From positions 9,075 through 73,074 of the forward strand of contig JAPLWQ010000002.1 of NCBI GenBank assembly GCA_026396515.1: DNA of 64,000 bases, read 5' to 3'. A model generated the notes under the pieces. That model searched no databases. It was given only the letters and a program-made list of their open reading frames with translations, and was not told where the DNA came from. This DNA is from Candidatus Magasanikiibacteriota bacterium. GTDB taxonomy: Bacteria; Patescibacteriota; Patescibacteriia; Magasanikbacterales; GWA2-37-8. The position numbers were made by a program, and so were the translations under genes. Of the stretch, positions 49,401 through 57,014 are shown piece by piece (within the stretch, counting starts at the first letter, position 1; every line of letters begins with the position of its first letter).

Positions 49401-51812
49401 TGATGCGGGAATAATATATGACAGTGGGTTTGCATTTGAATAATTGCTCGCCACTTCCTGATAGGCGGCATAGCCCACGCATTTGGCGTCGCACTGGTCG
49501 TTCCAGGTTACTTGACCGCCGGCCACCACTGCCGGCGTGAATTTGCCCGGTATTATTTCTTGCGTGAGAGCAGAGGTATATAAATTGCAGTTTTCTTCTT
49601 CAGGCAGACAGACCTGCGCATAATCATTGCATTTTCCCGCGTCTGCCGGGCGCAGTAAATTTAAGTCCGCGAGATTTTTCGGCCAACTGACGCCGTCAAT
49701 TAAACGCGCAAATGTCTGAATATATTTATTTGGTAAAGTGGTGGCGTCGGCATCATAGCAAAAAAGATAATTCGGCGCTTTTTTAAGATAGATTAATGTT
49801 TCAGAATCAGATGCCACTTTGAAAGCGCTGCAACCGTCATCGGTTGTCTTACAAGTTGTGGCTTTTTTGTTAAACGAAATGCTGGTGTTGGTGAAACTAT
49901 TTGACGAGGTGCTGATCACGGGCAAATACCAATCAGTGGTTGTGGGGGTAAAATAGTGCCTCGCGGTTATATAGTGGGTGCAACCATCATTTTCGGCATT
50001 GCATTGTTCAGTATCGAGCGTGCGGGTTAAATACCCTATTGTGTCGCCCGCTGAATTGGTAAACGCCCGGCAAGTGTTATATTGCGCGTCGCAATAATCG
50101 GCCTTGAATTTCCAAATCGGCTTCTCTCTTAAACAATACCCCCAGCTTGAGCAAGAACCATCTTTATTAAAACCAACGCAATGCTGAATGTCAGCGCAGG
50201 TTTGTAAACGCACGCCATCAGCGGAGATGGCACTATAGACAAACGATTTGCACCGCATCTTTGGAAGTTTGATCACCCAGTGCGGGTTGATAAGATGATA
50301 ATAAAGAGAACCCTCAGTGTAGTAGTTATCAACAACCTCTTTCAGAGTTACTGGGTTTTCTTGCGGCGAGCTATAGGCGGCAATTTCAAAACCAAGCGGC
50401 AAGACGCGCGCTAATCGCAAATAGCGGATATTGCGATGACAGTACGCCGATTGCGAACAGTCAAATTTTTGATTATTGGCAGCGTCTGATTCGGGAATCA
50501 ATTTCCAATCACCGTGCAAAAACCCGCGCTCCATCGCCTGTTTGATAGTGAACGGTTCGCCGGTGTTGGCTTGCTGGAGAATCTGCATGAATGACTGGTC
50601 AACAATGCAGGCCTCAGGCGACAAATTGTCTTCCGAGCATTCAGCCATGTTCGGAGAAATATCATAATTATCCAAAGTTGTAATTTTCGGTTTTAGCAGT
50701 TCGCTGAACATTTCCTGAGCCGCGCGGCGGTTGCCGGTGCCGGCGCTGCCGGATGAATAGTAACTCGTTGCCATGCTTTCGGCAGAATTATCATCTTCGC
50801 ATTGATCCCAACCAACGCCGGAAATGCTTAAACCCGGGTTACACACCTTCGCGCCACCCGGCAGCATACCTTTGGTAATAAAGTTATTAATGACCGTACC
50901 AAGCAAAGTATTTACAAAAGTGCTGACTGTGTTTAGAGCCAGGCTGGCGCCTCCTTTTTCCAAAGCTGCAGCCGTCATTGTCAATTGACTCGCCTTTTCT
51001 TCTCTTGTTTTATTTGCTGCCGATTGTGCGGTAAATTCTTCACGCATTACAGTGGCCGGAGCGATATTCTTGCGTGAAATAATTTCAGTCATAGCAAAAA
51101 TGCCGCTGCCTTCTTCACGGTCAAGCTGGGCACCGGCTGTTGTTTCGGCGGCCATAGTATCCATTTTTTCTTTTCCGGAAAACCAAACGCCAAAATCACT
51201 GTCTTCTACCTGCACACCCATACCAAGACGGCTGGTTAACCCTTCCACTGAAGCATATTTGCTCCGAATATTTTCAACATTATATGCGCTCTTCAGTTGC
51301 TGCCAAGTACAACGTGGTGTGGGCGGGCCGTAATTAAAATGGAAGCCAAGCTTTAACATCAAATCAAGTCGCAGGTCGGGCAAATTACACAAATCTAGGC
51401 CGAGATCCTCGCTTAGAGTGGCAAGCGCTTCACCAAGCGCGTCGCCGGCTGTTTGCGCCAGGTAATTGCCAAAACTCTCTTGGCTGGCAAACGGGCCTTG
51501 ACCAAAATCGCCGGCAGCCAAATACACGGCCATGTCATAAGCGATTTTATTTGTAAAATAGTTCAAGCCGTTCATTATGGCAGACATTACCATCAAGAGG
51601 CCTTCGGTTTTGATTTTTTCTAACAGCGTTTTTTCCTTTTCACCGGCTGTTTGTTGAAGAGTCCAAGGTTTAAAATAACCAGCCCATCCCACATAATCAT
51701 GATATTGCGCTTTAGCAGGTGTTGGATAAAGCAATATTAAGCCAAAAATAAAAGTGAAGACAATGCTTGCAAGCACTGCTCCCAGTCCGAATTTTTTAGA
51801 TTTGGAAATCAT
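43461..51812 (-). CDS. giant cysteine-rich secreted/surface protein
   Basis: 2,783 aa (about 8.35 kb). N-terminal signal/anchor (LGAVLASIVFTFIFGLILLYPTPAKA). Hundreds of Cys in repeated CxxC/C...C patterns. A segment resembling a carbohydrate-binding beta-sandwich (ISNWSGSAGSVSVATS ... ILSFWAKGN). Starts 7 nt after the upstream gene; TAG stop. Confidence 0.6.
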   Translation of the reverse strand: MISKSKKFGLGAVLASIVFTFIFGLILLYPTPAKAQYHDYVGWAGYFKPWTLQQTAGEKEKTLLEKIKTEGLLMVMSAIMNGLNYFTNKIAYDMAVYLAAGDFGQGPFASQESFGNYLAQTAGDALGEALATLSEDLGLDLCNLPDLRLDLMLKLGFHFNYGPPTPRCTWQQLKSAYNVENIRSKYASVEGLTSRLGMGVQVEDSDFGVWFSGKEKMDTMAAETTAGAQLDREEGSGIFAMTEIISRKNIAPATVMREEFTAQSAANKTREEKASQLTMTAAALEKGGASLALNTVSTFVNTLLGTVINNFITKGMLPGGAKVCNPGLSISGVGWDQCEDDNSAESMATSYYSSGSAGTGNRRAAQEMFSELLKPKITTLDNYDISPNMAECSEDNLSPEACIVDQSFMQILQQANTGEPFTIKQAMERGFLHGDWKLIPESDAANNQKFDCSQSAYCHRNIRYLRLARVLPLGFEIAAYSSPQENPVTLKEVVDNYYTEGSLYYHLINPHWVIKLPKMRCKSFVYSAISADGVRLQTCADIQHCVGFNKDGSCSSWGYCLREKPIWKFKADYCDAQYNTCRAFTNSAGDTIGYLTRTLDTEQCNAENDGCTHYITARHYFTPTTTDWYLPVISTSSNSFTNTSISFNKKATTCKTTDDGCSAFKVASDSETLIYLKKAPNYLFCYDADATTLPNKYIQTFARLIDGVSWPKNLADLNLLRPADAGKCNDYAQVCLPEEENCNLYTSALTQEIIPGKFTPAVVAGGQVTWNDQCDAKCVGYAAYQEVASNYSNANPLSYIIPASGKSCGAADAGCSAFTNLTTDQGGLEQTEYFSYLRLCMLPDANKQKNFYVYESSETSGYQLKTYTFEKDASGGPKQIFHDTNELALYESEASPCNSISYLAGTANPDCHQFNDDSTNTYYAMLSKTVIVSDQCTPYRLNSPELVSGFSPTDLRCPYDFEPTSVGKRAGDAIELKENSCYYMGFTGNTNGAGDAQSCTKEAESCRAYKGNAGNNVRSLASDSFESTISNWSGSAGSVSVATSTESTQLGGHSLKISANVSSGGKVAIRTGFNIQQDKSYILSFWAKGNLSLDDIQIGEESGEASAYFSGPVTVSDVWRYYSFGPVEYNGPANTGKLRFLISLTGGETKLMYIDNVNLKEVTDYIYLVKNSLSVDPICDSNLSDNLPGEALSCMAYVDPAKNTYYLTNFSYLCREEAVGCTALLDTQNTPEQPLASAYNVWLKGESGTVAEITIEGTKFSCQVPVGKDGCYTNILGINDLENLYDLQGSDITLTNSTIIIPPDTPTTSPIYLVASKDVTCKAENMGCQVLGKGKFSPSGNTFTTAFGSATHYEVFEDTAVKNDPALYDTSLCRAEEIGCKSWKSGESVYYFKDPVQNGKLICKYVEPSAISYTTPAFNFPNPFGGPDIVIPEMEHNFSFGGWVWKDVGICTGGGKLCMSDSDCGEGKTCLFKNQVPCASDYSSATDGYGLWSNGNVGKYKGFVGECPVEQNGCTEFVDHSSATDEKKCALSGKKCENNSDCSEESEEDICIVNSANAYYLLDNTNLSEQMSLCNGQVSAAEGCVLIDNTNQPTKMYNTALTNQESLDKKEALVNPVASSTANDANIIIKVIHDRVCGEWAYCDLKQEFEDEETGEASSRCFHLGVCNKAGAVDAVAGKVVKDCAETVPLWTTKGQILSAALYRSVFNAWNSLDFSGYSTYGFYQVPDLTARKVGDTFRMVYVNTQYSFYGGGGSGTECIKPTATDNHNGDSCGTTAYSGHCYNGECLRSWAGYYPEYSSSLGCRAYSEMMSPFPYYVFKDSNADMLEFKDGFEDVNVCKTNNGNQTQLCEAECGYRKIKTDGAEVYEPISRPIEGNYICSTGLKAGLYCSGPESTGCGEGNSCSTIKSFQILNGWMGYCMERDETYRINGTNTANCMTWWPLESPPGVPNSWDQDPKAGYQINEGKKDRFMCLNNLPPTDLHHFGTVFTPKSHNGAAYDATLSMPKNNSYYMFLPDTIYDYEHNVINPEGDDDWVALYGLDDNTWVTGCYDNNGGTDWEVNQPTSGFTSSADLNLFKFDMPGGKKSHGMFCPLNASTLAYDTDVKFYCDYTLIDDATGRTICGTTEGGVLYHSGFSQFQDTRPAYVGKNLFSSGHPTYLNRREIERIDVHFDENSYMPKSKGWVSFISDMTDADEGERYFVSEENWAMNGGDSSYHSVELESTCEGKQYKAWEWKSWAGDSTPQWANSNKNKLITNGVCTDQFREEQLEVEDEDQGISVRVVWDDQYNLRGIWMNFENQVNTDAHTIGFFFVIHFTNGACKKYAQVSDTGADENNGKMYFKPFTNRLASGASLTLGTDGTGNDLSSRQRVRTPTLNESNYGLMEADPIAEDLNAVFINPFTVADQYHTVFSQAGSDEYSYAASKYGVFEAGVPLTVVDNMMDSICDTDCQSKISYTQSTIEGSATKPIASMLRTMFAKVYEFDKLADGSASDGGFDGYAKNAGDGKSGSYDAANPTRAAEISLNIYPPRVAAPSADSWVLDKISVDGKIGGNIYLMSGSQAHIKFYAWAHGNQMPIRRIVVDKGDSFGDTQIDSLISDSLGNRKFACSEKICDDTDEGSQFPCNSDGDCDPANTYYTCGDTSSDIKKFGNTDDTGCKAKPWDFVTDFNCPFGSMGIVESSSTGYVDIGFESSIPISSLGIDWAYIRQNFYGAEYVCVAHPRVYVLDNWGWCAGSCDYSSNTHVKGPGCYSEAGSGSTNQCDKTLSEPWVNYDGYVIVVPLPQ

Positions 51813-51818
51813 AAGCTG

Positions 51819-52649
51819 TTATTTCTTTTTTCCGGACATTATTTCATTGATAAATTGAGCCGTAGCCGTAGTATTGGCCGTATTTGTGGCCGTAGTGATG
51901 GAGCTCATTATCGTACTGGAAGAAAATATTTCCGTTGCCATTTTTATTAAATCATCATCGGATATTTTATCAAGCACTGATTGTTCAACTCCTGCCTCGA
52001 GAAGTATTAGGCGCACCTGTTCAGGGCTGGAAATAAGCTCTTCAAGAGAGGTGACGGCAGTCATGTCGCCGGCCGGCGTACTGGAAGAAAAAATTTCAGC
52101 CGCCATCTGAACCAATTCTTCATCTGATATTTTATCAATCACGGATTGCTCAACGCCTGCGTTGAGCAGTACGGTGCGCATCTGTTCCGGACTGGAAACA
52201 AGCTCTTCAATCGTGGTCGGCATTTTGTAATCGAACAAAGTTGGCAGATCGGGTTTGCCGGCAACGGTTGAAGCACTCTCTCCTACGTTGCCAATACAAT
52301 TTTTTCCTTCAGCGCAATTCGGATTTTTCCCCTGGTCAATTTCTTGTTTATCTGTCAACCCATCGGAATCGGAATCTGCCAAATACGGGCTGGTGGTAAA
52401 AATATACAATTCATCATAGTCACTTAAGCCATCCATATCGGTATCGCGGTAGCGCAGTGCTTCTGGAGTGTTCACTTCCTGGCCGATCATCGGCGGAATG
52501 GATGTGTTCAGAGCGAACGGGCTGTATAGAGTATTGCGCATTTGGATCAAGCCGAGCGTAACTGCGAGCAAAACAAAAGCTGACAGCAAAACCAAACCGA
52601 TCTTCTGTTCTTTGGACAGTCGTAACTTTTCATCAGCCATATATACCAC
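51819..52649 (-). CDS. membrane-anchored protein with thrombospondin-type-3-like Ca-binding repeats and a duplicated C-terminal module
   Basis: 276 aa. N-terminal TM. DTDMDGLSDYDELY ... DSDSDGLTDKQEIDQG (DxDxDGxxDxxE repeats). Two copies of an ~45-aa module. Putative promoter TTGGCT-16-TGATATAAT about 40-70 nt upstream. Confidence 0.5.
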   Translation of the reverse strand: MVYMADEKLRLSKEQKIGLVLLSAFVLLAVTLGLIQMRNTLYSPFALNTSIPPMIGQEVNTPEALRYRDTDMDGLSDYDELYIFTTSPYLADSDSDGLTDKQEIDQGKNPNCAEGKNCIGNVGESASTVAGKPDLPTLFDYKMPTTIEELVSSPEQMRTVLLNAGVEQSVIDKISDEELVQMAAEIFSSSTPAGDMTAVTSLEELISSPEQVRLILLEAGVEQSVLDKISDDDLIKMATEIFSSSTIMSSITTATNTANTTATAQFINEIMSGKKK

Positions 52650-52756
52650 TGCGGTTTGAACCGCCGGGTGTTAAACCCAATTATATACAATATTATTATA
52701 TCACAATAAAGCCGTTAGCCAAATACTTTGATAGTGGATAAGATTCGGGATAAAGC

Positions 52757-54301
52757 TCATTTACCATTCCGGGTCGAAGAGTACAGCCGCAGCTCGGCAA
52801 GATAGACATTACCGTCGGTATTTTGAGGAAAATAATATGTGGCGAGCCGGCCGTACGTTGAATCGAGATATTTAAACAAATTTCCGCGCGGGTCTTCCAC
52901 AGCTTCACCGCGGTATCCGGCAACCCAAAAACGGCCGGAACCCTCTATAAGGCTATCTATAAGTATTACATTTTTTTCTGTAATGATCGGGTAATCACTG
53001 TATCTCCAGCGGATTTGCCAATCATCCGTAAGTGTATTTTTATACGGAAAAAAGAATTTTACTTCCGGGCCGCTTTTAAGATACTGCGTCCAAAGCACAT
53101 GACTATAGTGGTCGGCAACGACTATGTCCCCCGGACGAGACTCATTTAATATTATTTGAGCAAAACTTGGAGCGAAATATTTAAAAGCCCGGCTATTGTC
53201 CATTCGGCTATTATCCGTAATGTATGAAGGGATGATGAATAAGGAAAATATGACTGCCGCGCCTCCCACAACGCCTAACCACGACTTGCGTTTTAAGTTC
53301 GCTAAGACTACAGCGAACATCAATATCATCGGAATGGTAAAAATGATATAGTAACGCTCGGTGTAAATAAACTTCAGCACCGCAAGCATAACCCAGCCGG
53401 AAATAACCAATATCGCGAGTATTCTGTTTTTCGTTTCACCATAATTACGCCAGAAATAAATCATTAGGGCGATAATAAATATGGATAACATTGCCGGTAC
53501 CGCGTTAATACCGACAACCCCAAAAACAATTGTATATAGATACTGAAATAAAGCGAAAATGTCCCCATGGGAAAAAAATCGGCCGTAAAAAGATTCCGAA
53601 CCAACGCCGACGAAATCGCCCCAGCGCTCAAAAACCATTAATGCGGGAATATAGCCGACGGCAACCGCTGCCGCGCAGACAATAATTTTTTTGATTTCAG
53701 TTTTTTTGTAATAGTAAAGCAAAATATAGGCAGGCACAATCAGCGCGGCCGACGAATAGTGCGTATACAAAAGCAATAAGGTAAATATCGCCAGCCCGAT
53801 AAAATCGCTTTTCTGTCCTCTTTTAATCGCACGCAATAAAAATAGAATAAAAAATATAGCGATTAAAACCAACACGGAGTAGGCGCGGATTTCAGTAGCG
53901 TACTGAATGTTTAATGGAGACAAAGACATGAGCAAGGCGGCAAACAAGCCGACTTGTTCATCAAATATTTCTTTGCCCAAAAAATATATGGCGGCAATCG
54001 CTGCCAAACTAAAAATAAAGGGCAATATCGCAATAAGCGCAACGCTCCCCGTGCCGACAATTAGAAGCCAAAAATGCAACAGAACAAAAAACAAACACGG
54101 TGTTGTATCTAACCCGGATAAAGCGACCGTACGCGTTAAATTTTGAGATGAAAAATAAATGGAAACCGTTTCATCGTACCAGGCTATTTTAGGACCAAAA
54201 ACACCCGCTTCTGGAATAATTGTTAAAAATTTCGGCAGACGAACAATAAACCCGACGGCAATAATAAGAAAAAGCAGTATTAATGCCCGTTTTTTATTCA
54301 T
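52757..54301 (-). CDS. GT-C family glycosyltransferase (ArnT/PMT, GT39/GT83-like)
   Basis: 514 aa. About 11 TM helices, then a C-terminal soluble domain. N-terminal loop pattern typical of dolichyl/undecaprenyl-phosphate sugar transferases. Confidence 0.5.
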   Translation of the reverse strand: MNKKRALILLFLIIAVGFIVRLPKFLTIIPEAGVFGPKIAWYDETVSIYFSSQNLTRTVALSGLDTTPCLFFVLLHFWLLIVGTGSVALIAILPFIFSLAAIAAIYFLGKEIFDEQVGLFAALLMSLSPLNIQYATEIRAYSVLVLIAIFFILFLLRAIKRGQKSDFIGLAIFTLLLLYTHYSSAALIVPAYILLYYYKKTEIKKIIVCAAAVAVGYIPALMVFERWGDFVGVGSESFYGRFFSHGDIFALFQYLYTIVFGVVGINAVPAMLSIFIIALMIYFWRNYGETKNRILAILVISGWVMLAVLKFIYTERYYIIFTIPMILMFAVVLANLKRKSWLGVVGGAAVIFSLFIIPSYITDNSRMDNSRAFKYFAPSFAQIILNESRPGDIVVADHYSHVLWTQYLKSGPEVKFFFPYKNTLTDDWQIRWRYSDYPIITEKNVILIDSLIEGSGRFWVAGYRGEAVEDPRGNLFKYLDSTYGRLATYYFPQNTDGNVYLAELRLYSSTRNGK

Positions 54302-54434
54302 ACCCCGTAGAAGAATTTTGAATTAATCACCATATTATGAATTGCCATATTAAACATCTGATAAGTTACTATTTTCTTTGCTCCTGTTTATATTTATTTA
54401 TTTTGCCCTTCGGGCAAAATCGTTCAAAATTTCT

Positions 54435-55274
54435 CTACGGGGCATATTTATTTTTTGAGAAGAAATCGGCCAGATAACTCCATTGACTCACCGAAAATTC
54501 TTGCGCCCGGACGGTTTTTTCGAGACCGAGAGAGGCAAAAGTTTGCTCCAACGCTCCCCTATTTTGTTTACCGATGGCCGGCAGAAGATTTTTTACTAAC
54601 AATTTGCGACGGTTGGCGAAACCGGCTTTAACAAGGCGGAAAAATCCATCGGACTTTATGGGCTTCATAACTTTATGAACTTTGAGAACTATGATAGCTG
54701 AATCAACCTTCGGCATTGGCCAAAAATTATCACGCGGTACGAAATCAATGATTTCGGCGTCCGCATAATATTGAACGGCAACGGATAACAAAGACATCTC
54801 CCCTGGCTTGGCGCAAATTCTTTCCGCCACTTCTTTTTGCACCATCAGCGCCATTTTTTCCGGCGGATTATTCACCTCAAGAAAAGCGCGGATTACCGCC
54901 GATGTAATTTGATATGGCAGGTTGGCAATAACTTTGTATTTTCCCTTTGGCAAATCATTTGCCTGTCGCAAAACATTTCCCCAAATAGTATTTACATTTT
55001 CCGGCTTTCTATCCTGCCAATACGGCACTAGTTTTTTTTCAATTTCAAAGGCAACCACCTGTTTTGCCCGTTCAGCCAAGGCAAAAGTGAGCACGCCAAA
55101 ACCGGGACCGACTTCCACTACGGTGTCGGTTTTTTTCAAATCACCGGCTTCAATAATCTTTTCAATTATTTCCTGATTCACTAAAAAATTCTGGCCGTAT
55201 TTTTTGGACGGTTGTAGACCATAATTCTTACAGAGTGAATAGAGATAATCCGGGTTAAATAATTTTTGATTCAT
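54435..55274 (-). CDS. rsmA: 16S rRNA (adenine1518/1519-N6)-dimethyltransferase
   Basis: 279 aa. KKYGQNFL, SAM motif VVEVGPGFGVLT, IANLPYQITS. Confidence 0.85.
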   Translation of the reverse strand: MNQKLFNPDYLYSLCKNYGLQPSKKYGQNFLVNQEIIEKIIEAGDLKKTDTVVEVGPGFGVLTFALAERAKQVVAFEIEKKLVPYWQDRKPENVNTIWGNVLRQANDLPKGKYKVIANLPYQITSAVIRAFLEVNNPPEKMALMVQKEVAERICAKPGEMSLLSVAVQYYADAEIIDFVPRDNFWPMPKVDSAIIVLKVHKVMKPIKSDGFFRLVKAGFANRRKLLVKNLLPAIGKQNRGALEQTFASLGLEKTVRAQEFSVSQWSYLADFFSKNKYAP

Positions 55275-55282
55275 AAAATTTA

Positions 55283-57013
55283 CTATTTATTTAACCCTGC
55301 GTCAGTGTACCGGTTTGAAGCATTCCACAGGAGCCAACCGGCAGATGAATATTTTTCCGCTACAGCAATCTGCGCCCGAATTTTTTCCGCGTCATAAACC
55401 GCGCCCAAATTAAAGGCCTGGAGCCACGGCCTCACTTTTGCTCTGTGCCCCTCAACTTTCGGCATGCCTTTTTCAAAACCGTTTTCAAACACAAGTGCCG
55501 GATACTCAGCCGGATTAGCCAACCCTAAATGTCCGGCCGGATAGTGCGACGGATACATCATTGGGCAGACATAGTCGGCGTTCTCCACCGTGTCGGCCAG
55601 GCGCTGGCCGATATTCATGTCATCCTCGCCATTTTTTTCCATAACAAAGCCAAAAAGGTCGAGTGACAGCCAGACCGGTTCAGCCGATAAACGACGGCTC
55701 ATAAACCTGTAAAACTCACCCATTATTTCATATTTTTTGCTATCACCAACCGTATAAACCACCTCGCTCATATTGCCATCGGAAGGAAAACGGACATAGT
55801 CAAAATTTATTTCATCAAAACCGAATTTGATCGCTTCTTTCGCAACCGCCAGATTATATTCCCAAACTTCTTTGCGCGTCGGGTCCACCCAGGCCAGACC
55901 TTTTTTATCGCGCCACACGCCGCCGCTTTTTTTCTTTATCGCCCACTCCGGTTTTTTTTCCGCCAGTACCGGATCCTGAAAAATTGTCTGGCGGGCAATC
56001 ACATATATTCTGTTGTCATGCAATTTATTTATGAGCGCGCGCACATCACCCAGACGATCATCCTTTGTACCCAATTCATTCACCAGTGAAAGCTGGCTGT
56101 CATAAAGAATCAAACCGCTGTAATCTTTTATATCAATTACTACAGCATTAAGTTCCGTTCGCCTGATTAAATCTATTATCTCATTAATTTTAGCCACGCT
56201 GCCCGCGGAATAGGCGGTAAGATATAGGCCTTTCACTGTTTTTAGCGGATTTTTCGCGCCTCTTTCATAGCGCGGTTCAAAAAAAGAAATAACGAGACGG
56301 GTATTATTTTCTATATCAATAACGGCTGCGCGCCAAAAATATACGATTGCTATGGAGGCGGCTATGGCAACAGCGATGATAAAAAAATATTGCAGCCAAT
56401 TTTTTTTCTTTTTTATTTTTTCAACAACCAACGCACCCTGGCGCAAAATTTTTAATTCACCCTCAGTCGCGCTGACTATTGTGGTCGGCGGATTATATGG
56501 CAGAGTGCCGGCATCAACAATCGCGTCCGGAATATGTTCCCGGCCGGTAAATTGACCCTCCACTACCCGCGCATCGTATACATCTCCGGTACCGGAAATA
56601 TTAGCCGAAGTTGCGATAATCGGCCGGCCGACTTTTTGGCAAAGTTCTTTAAGCCAAGGGTCGGCAGGAACGCGTATGGCTATTGTATTATCTTTTGCCG
56701 CCACGCCTTGGGCTGAGTCGCTTCCTTTATACTGCCCGACAATCGTCAGCGGTCCGGGCCAATAATTGCGCGCCAATTCATTTATTAAATTATTCCACAC
56801 CAAATATTTTTTAGCGGTTGCCGTATCGGGCACGATGATAAGCAAGGGGTTATTGCTCGGCCGATTTTTTATGGCAAAAATTCTATCAACCGCTTGCTGG
56901 TTTGTCGCGTCACAGCCCAAACCGTATGATGTTTCCGTGGGTAAAATAACAATATTGCCGCCCAAAAGTAAGGCGGCAATTTCCGGCATATTTTCTTTTC
57001 TTAATCGGAACAT
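55283..57013 (-). CDS. TsaC/YrdC (threonylcarbamoyl-AMP synthase) domain fused via a TM helix to a glycoside-hydrolase-like TIM-barrel domain
   Basis: N-terminal residues 1-200 have YrdC/Sua5 motifs (ILPTETSYGLGCDATN, RIFAIKNRP, IIATSANISG). One TM helix (LQYFFIIAVAIAASIAIVYFW). C-terminal ~350 aa resemble GHL10/GHL15-type putative glycosidases (EINFDYVRFPSDG). Confidence 0.55.
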   Translation of the reverse strand: MFRLRKENMPEIAALLLGGNIVILPTETSYGLGCDATNQQAVDRIFAIKNRPSNNPLLIIVPDTATAKKYLVWNNLINELARNYWPGPLTIVGQYKGSDSAQGVAAKDNTIAIRVPADPWLKELCQKVGRPIIATSANISGTGDVYDARVVEGQFTGREHIPDAIVDAGTLPYNPPTTIVSATEGELKILRQGALVVEKIKKKKNWLQYFFIIAVAIAASIAIVYFWRAAVIDIENNTRLVISFFEPRYERGAKNPLKTVKGLYLTAYSAGSVAKINEIIDLIRRTELNAVVIDIKDYSGLILYDSQLSLVNELGTKDDRLGDVRALINKLHDNRIYVIARQTIFQDPVLAEKKPEWAIKKKSGGVWRDKKGLAWVDPTRKEVWEYNLAVAKEAIKFGFDEINFDYVRFPSDGNMSEVVYTVGDSKKYEIMGEFYRFMSRRLSAEPVWLSLDLFGFVMEKNGEDDMNIGQRLADTVENADYVCPMMYPSHYPAGHLGLANPAEYPALVFENGFEKGMPKVEGHRAKVRPWLQAFNLGAVYDAEKIRAQIAVAEKYSSAGWLLWNASNRYTDAGLNK

Positions 57014-57014
57014 A

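Noticed and set aside
43502-51333. Numerous 60-100-aa ORFs on both strands inside the giant gene, and similar antisense ORFs inside other long genes (e.g. 33533..34180, 38592..41286)
   Set aside because: They are fully nested in or antisense to long, well-supported CDSs, show no motifs and arise from composition, so they are treated as spurious.
54395-54422. Perfect palindrome ATTTTGCCCTTCGGGCAAAAT as a terminator for ksgA
   Set aside because: It is a strong GC stem, but the T-tract precedes rather than follows the hairpin on both strands, so it is not a canonical intrinsic terminator. Its function is unclear.
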